A stretch of DNA of 57,419 nt, filler included, from Platydemus manokwari (taxonomy: Eukaryota): assembly GCA_037951405.1 (NCBI GenBank). It is 4 parts of 4 records of this genome, joined end to end, with 100 filler letters (N's around TTAATTAATTAA, not from the genome) between each part and the next. Parts side by side here need not be neighbours in the genome. Positions count along the whole stretch, not along the records: positions 45,443 to 57,419 come from JBBMOY010365556.1; 3 more parts are not named here. One strand, 5' to 3'. How positions within the stretch are numbered: the stretch's first letter is position 1; every line of letters begins with the position of its first letter. The position numbers and the translations under genes were made by a program. The notes under the pieces are model-generated. The model did no database searches. It was given only the letters and a program-made list of their open reading frames with translations, and was not told the DNA's origin. Positions 55,267-57,419 of the stretch are shown here, in pieces.

Positions 55267-57419
55267 CTTTATTTATTTTGAAATTTAAATAATTTTAATC
55301 TGTATCTTTCATTTTAGTAATTTTTAAAATTTAAATATTACTACTATCAAATTTAATTCCAAAATCACTTTATTTATGTTTTATAAAATTAAAATTACAT
55401 AACATAATTCAAACCACTTTCATTATTATCATTCATTCAACATATATTTATGCATTATTTTTGTCGAAAGAGTGACAAAATTTCTTTTGTCAAGTTTAAA
55501 CAGTGTTTGAGGATAACTATGATCTATTACTTCTTTTACACAATTGGGAGTATCCAGTGATCCACTCGAAATGATTTATGATTAAAATAACTGATGGTGA
55601 CTCGGTAGAAATTTTAGCACACAGTGACTTACAAAGTGTGGAAAATTATTTTGAAGCACAGTGTAATAATTTTTACCGTTTGTGTTGTATTGAAGAAATA
55701 GGGTGTAATAATTCATTACTTTTTATCAAACCAATAAGTTCATATAATAACTAATGACTAATAAAGATAGAATTTGGTACTTTCGTGTTGTAACAAAACG
55801 ATAAAATCGATCAGCCTTATACTGAATAAGATTTTGAAGCAAAGGAAATTAATCGCTTTGAATGAACAAAAGAGTTTGATTCTTAGATGTATCATCCAAT
55901 TCACTAACAGTATAAGAAACTGTTATATTTACCTTCATGAAGTTTACCATGTGGTTTCTCGTCAAGACTTCCAGATTATTTAAATCTCTCAATTTACCTA
56001 GTGTAAAATTTTTTCAAATGTCGTACCATTTCACGACATTGTTCTGTTTTATAAAAATTCTTTACATCATCTTCCTATGATATCGTAGCATGTTAGCCAT
56101 TGAATAGAAACACACTAATGGAACAATCAATAATCAAAATAATATGAATATTTAAAGTTAACAAAGTTGATTGTGATACAGCGAATGCTATTTTCAAATA
56201 TTCAATGAGCTCGTTGAGAGACACCTGAATAAAATTGAGGTTTGAAAATTTTAACAAGTCAATCATTCGCACTATCATTTGAGATAATAAATAGATGTTT
56301 TCTTCCTTACATCATTAATAAATATGTATTGTTGCAAATTTTATTGTTTTGTCATTCTTTGAACAAATATTTTATAAATAACGGTACAGCTTTATCACAA
56401 ATAGAAGACGAGATAGTGAAATTATAAAATTTTAAAATTTTTATCGAGTGTGTAGTAATGAAATTAAAAATACCTAAATATAATATTCATTTATGTATAT
56501 CTAGGAATAGTTTTTAGATAAAAATTGAATAGCTATTTTTCAAAACAGATGATACTTGTTAAATTTCAACGTAAAATGTGGAATCGACTTCATTTTCAGG
56601 GAGCATTTAATTTATTCGACAATGTAATGCACCACTGAAGGTGACAGTTTGTTGAACCACGAAAAATTCATATTGTCAAGCAACAGATCTATAATTATAC
56701 AACCCCCTCCCACGCAATACAGATATATCAAAGATCTTTTGACATATAATTCAAAGTCGACCAGCGCGCATATAGTTTTCATATACAATCGAAATGAGAA
56801 TTGGTTTGACTGTGAGCTATATAATTTAAATAATTCATAGACAATGAGATTTCATATTCGATGCGTGACTGAATATCTCCAGGGTATGATTAGAGGGATC
56901 GTGAATATCAGAGTTGTTTTGTGAATATCAGAATTTGGTTGAAATCTATCGAACCAGTAAACGATGATCTGAATTCCATCAATTGGATTTTTTTGTCAAG
57001 TTTTTTGTTGTCTGGAATGTATAGTTGTGAAAATAGAAATGCCAACAATAAGTTTATAATAAAACTTAACCTGGGAAAAGCTTTCAGCAATGTCAATGGA
57101 GAATACAATGATAATGTGAATTATTTATGAACGTATTCGTTATTATTATATATTGTTACGCTGAAATAGAGCAGAAATTCTGATATACTAATAATGGAAC
57201 AATTCTAGATAGAAATCAATAGCTAGTGTTTCTGAATTAATAATTTATTTCCTTCATGTAAATTAATGGTGTGTGGATCACAAATGATATGAGTTGATTC
57301 TATATTTGTTTATTATTTATTGAAGCTATTGTTGATATCTTGATTGTTATAATTATTGTTAGCATTGTTATTATTATTGCAAGTATTGTTATAATAATAA
57401 TAATAATAATAATTATTAT

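Noticed and set aside
1-57419. CRISPR arrays, prokaryotic operons/defence systems, spliced-leader RNA gene
   Set aside because: The DNA is eukaryotic and spliced; no regularly spaced repeat array or recognisable SL sequence was seen.

Overview
Very AT-rich, intron-containing animal genomic DNA. The 44-70 nt introns, (TTA)n microsatellites and gene content suggest a triclad planarian; this is inference only. The window is four contigs joined by three artificial N44-TTAATTAATTAA-N44 spacers. I reconstructed splicing by hand. Minus strand: the 5' end of a DNAH5/8-type axonemal dynein heavy chain (running off the left edge), a complete 12-exon CMTR1 cap1 2'-O-methyltransferase, an intronless KLHDC1/2-like Kelch protein, a GIPC PDZ adaptor lacking its first exon(s), an intronless orphan rhodopsin-type GPCR and a single-pass membrane protein. 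Plus strand: OPA3 and a two-exon lysine-rich protein. The rest is largely decayed mobile DNA: Ty3/Gypsy relics, solo-LTR-like segments, Tc1/mariner transposase tails, piggyBac/hAT/foldback MITEs and a tRNA-derived element. I found no clear-cut new system. The best leads are a Cys-rich, compositionally foreign-looking ORF inside CMTR1 intron 4, several protein-like frames broken by TGA, and exon-like non-coding blocks downstream of the membrane-protein gene.
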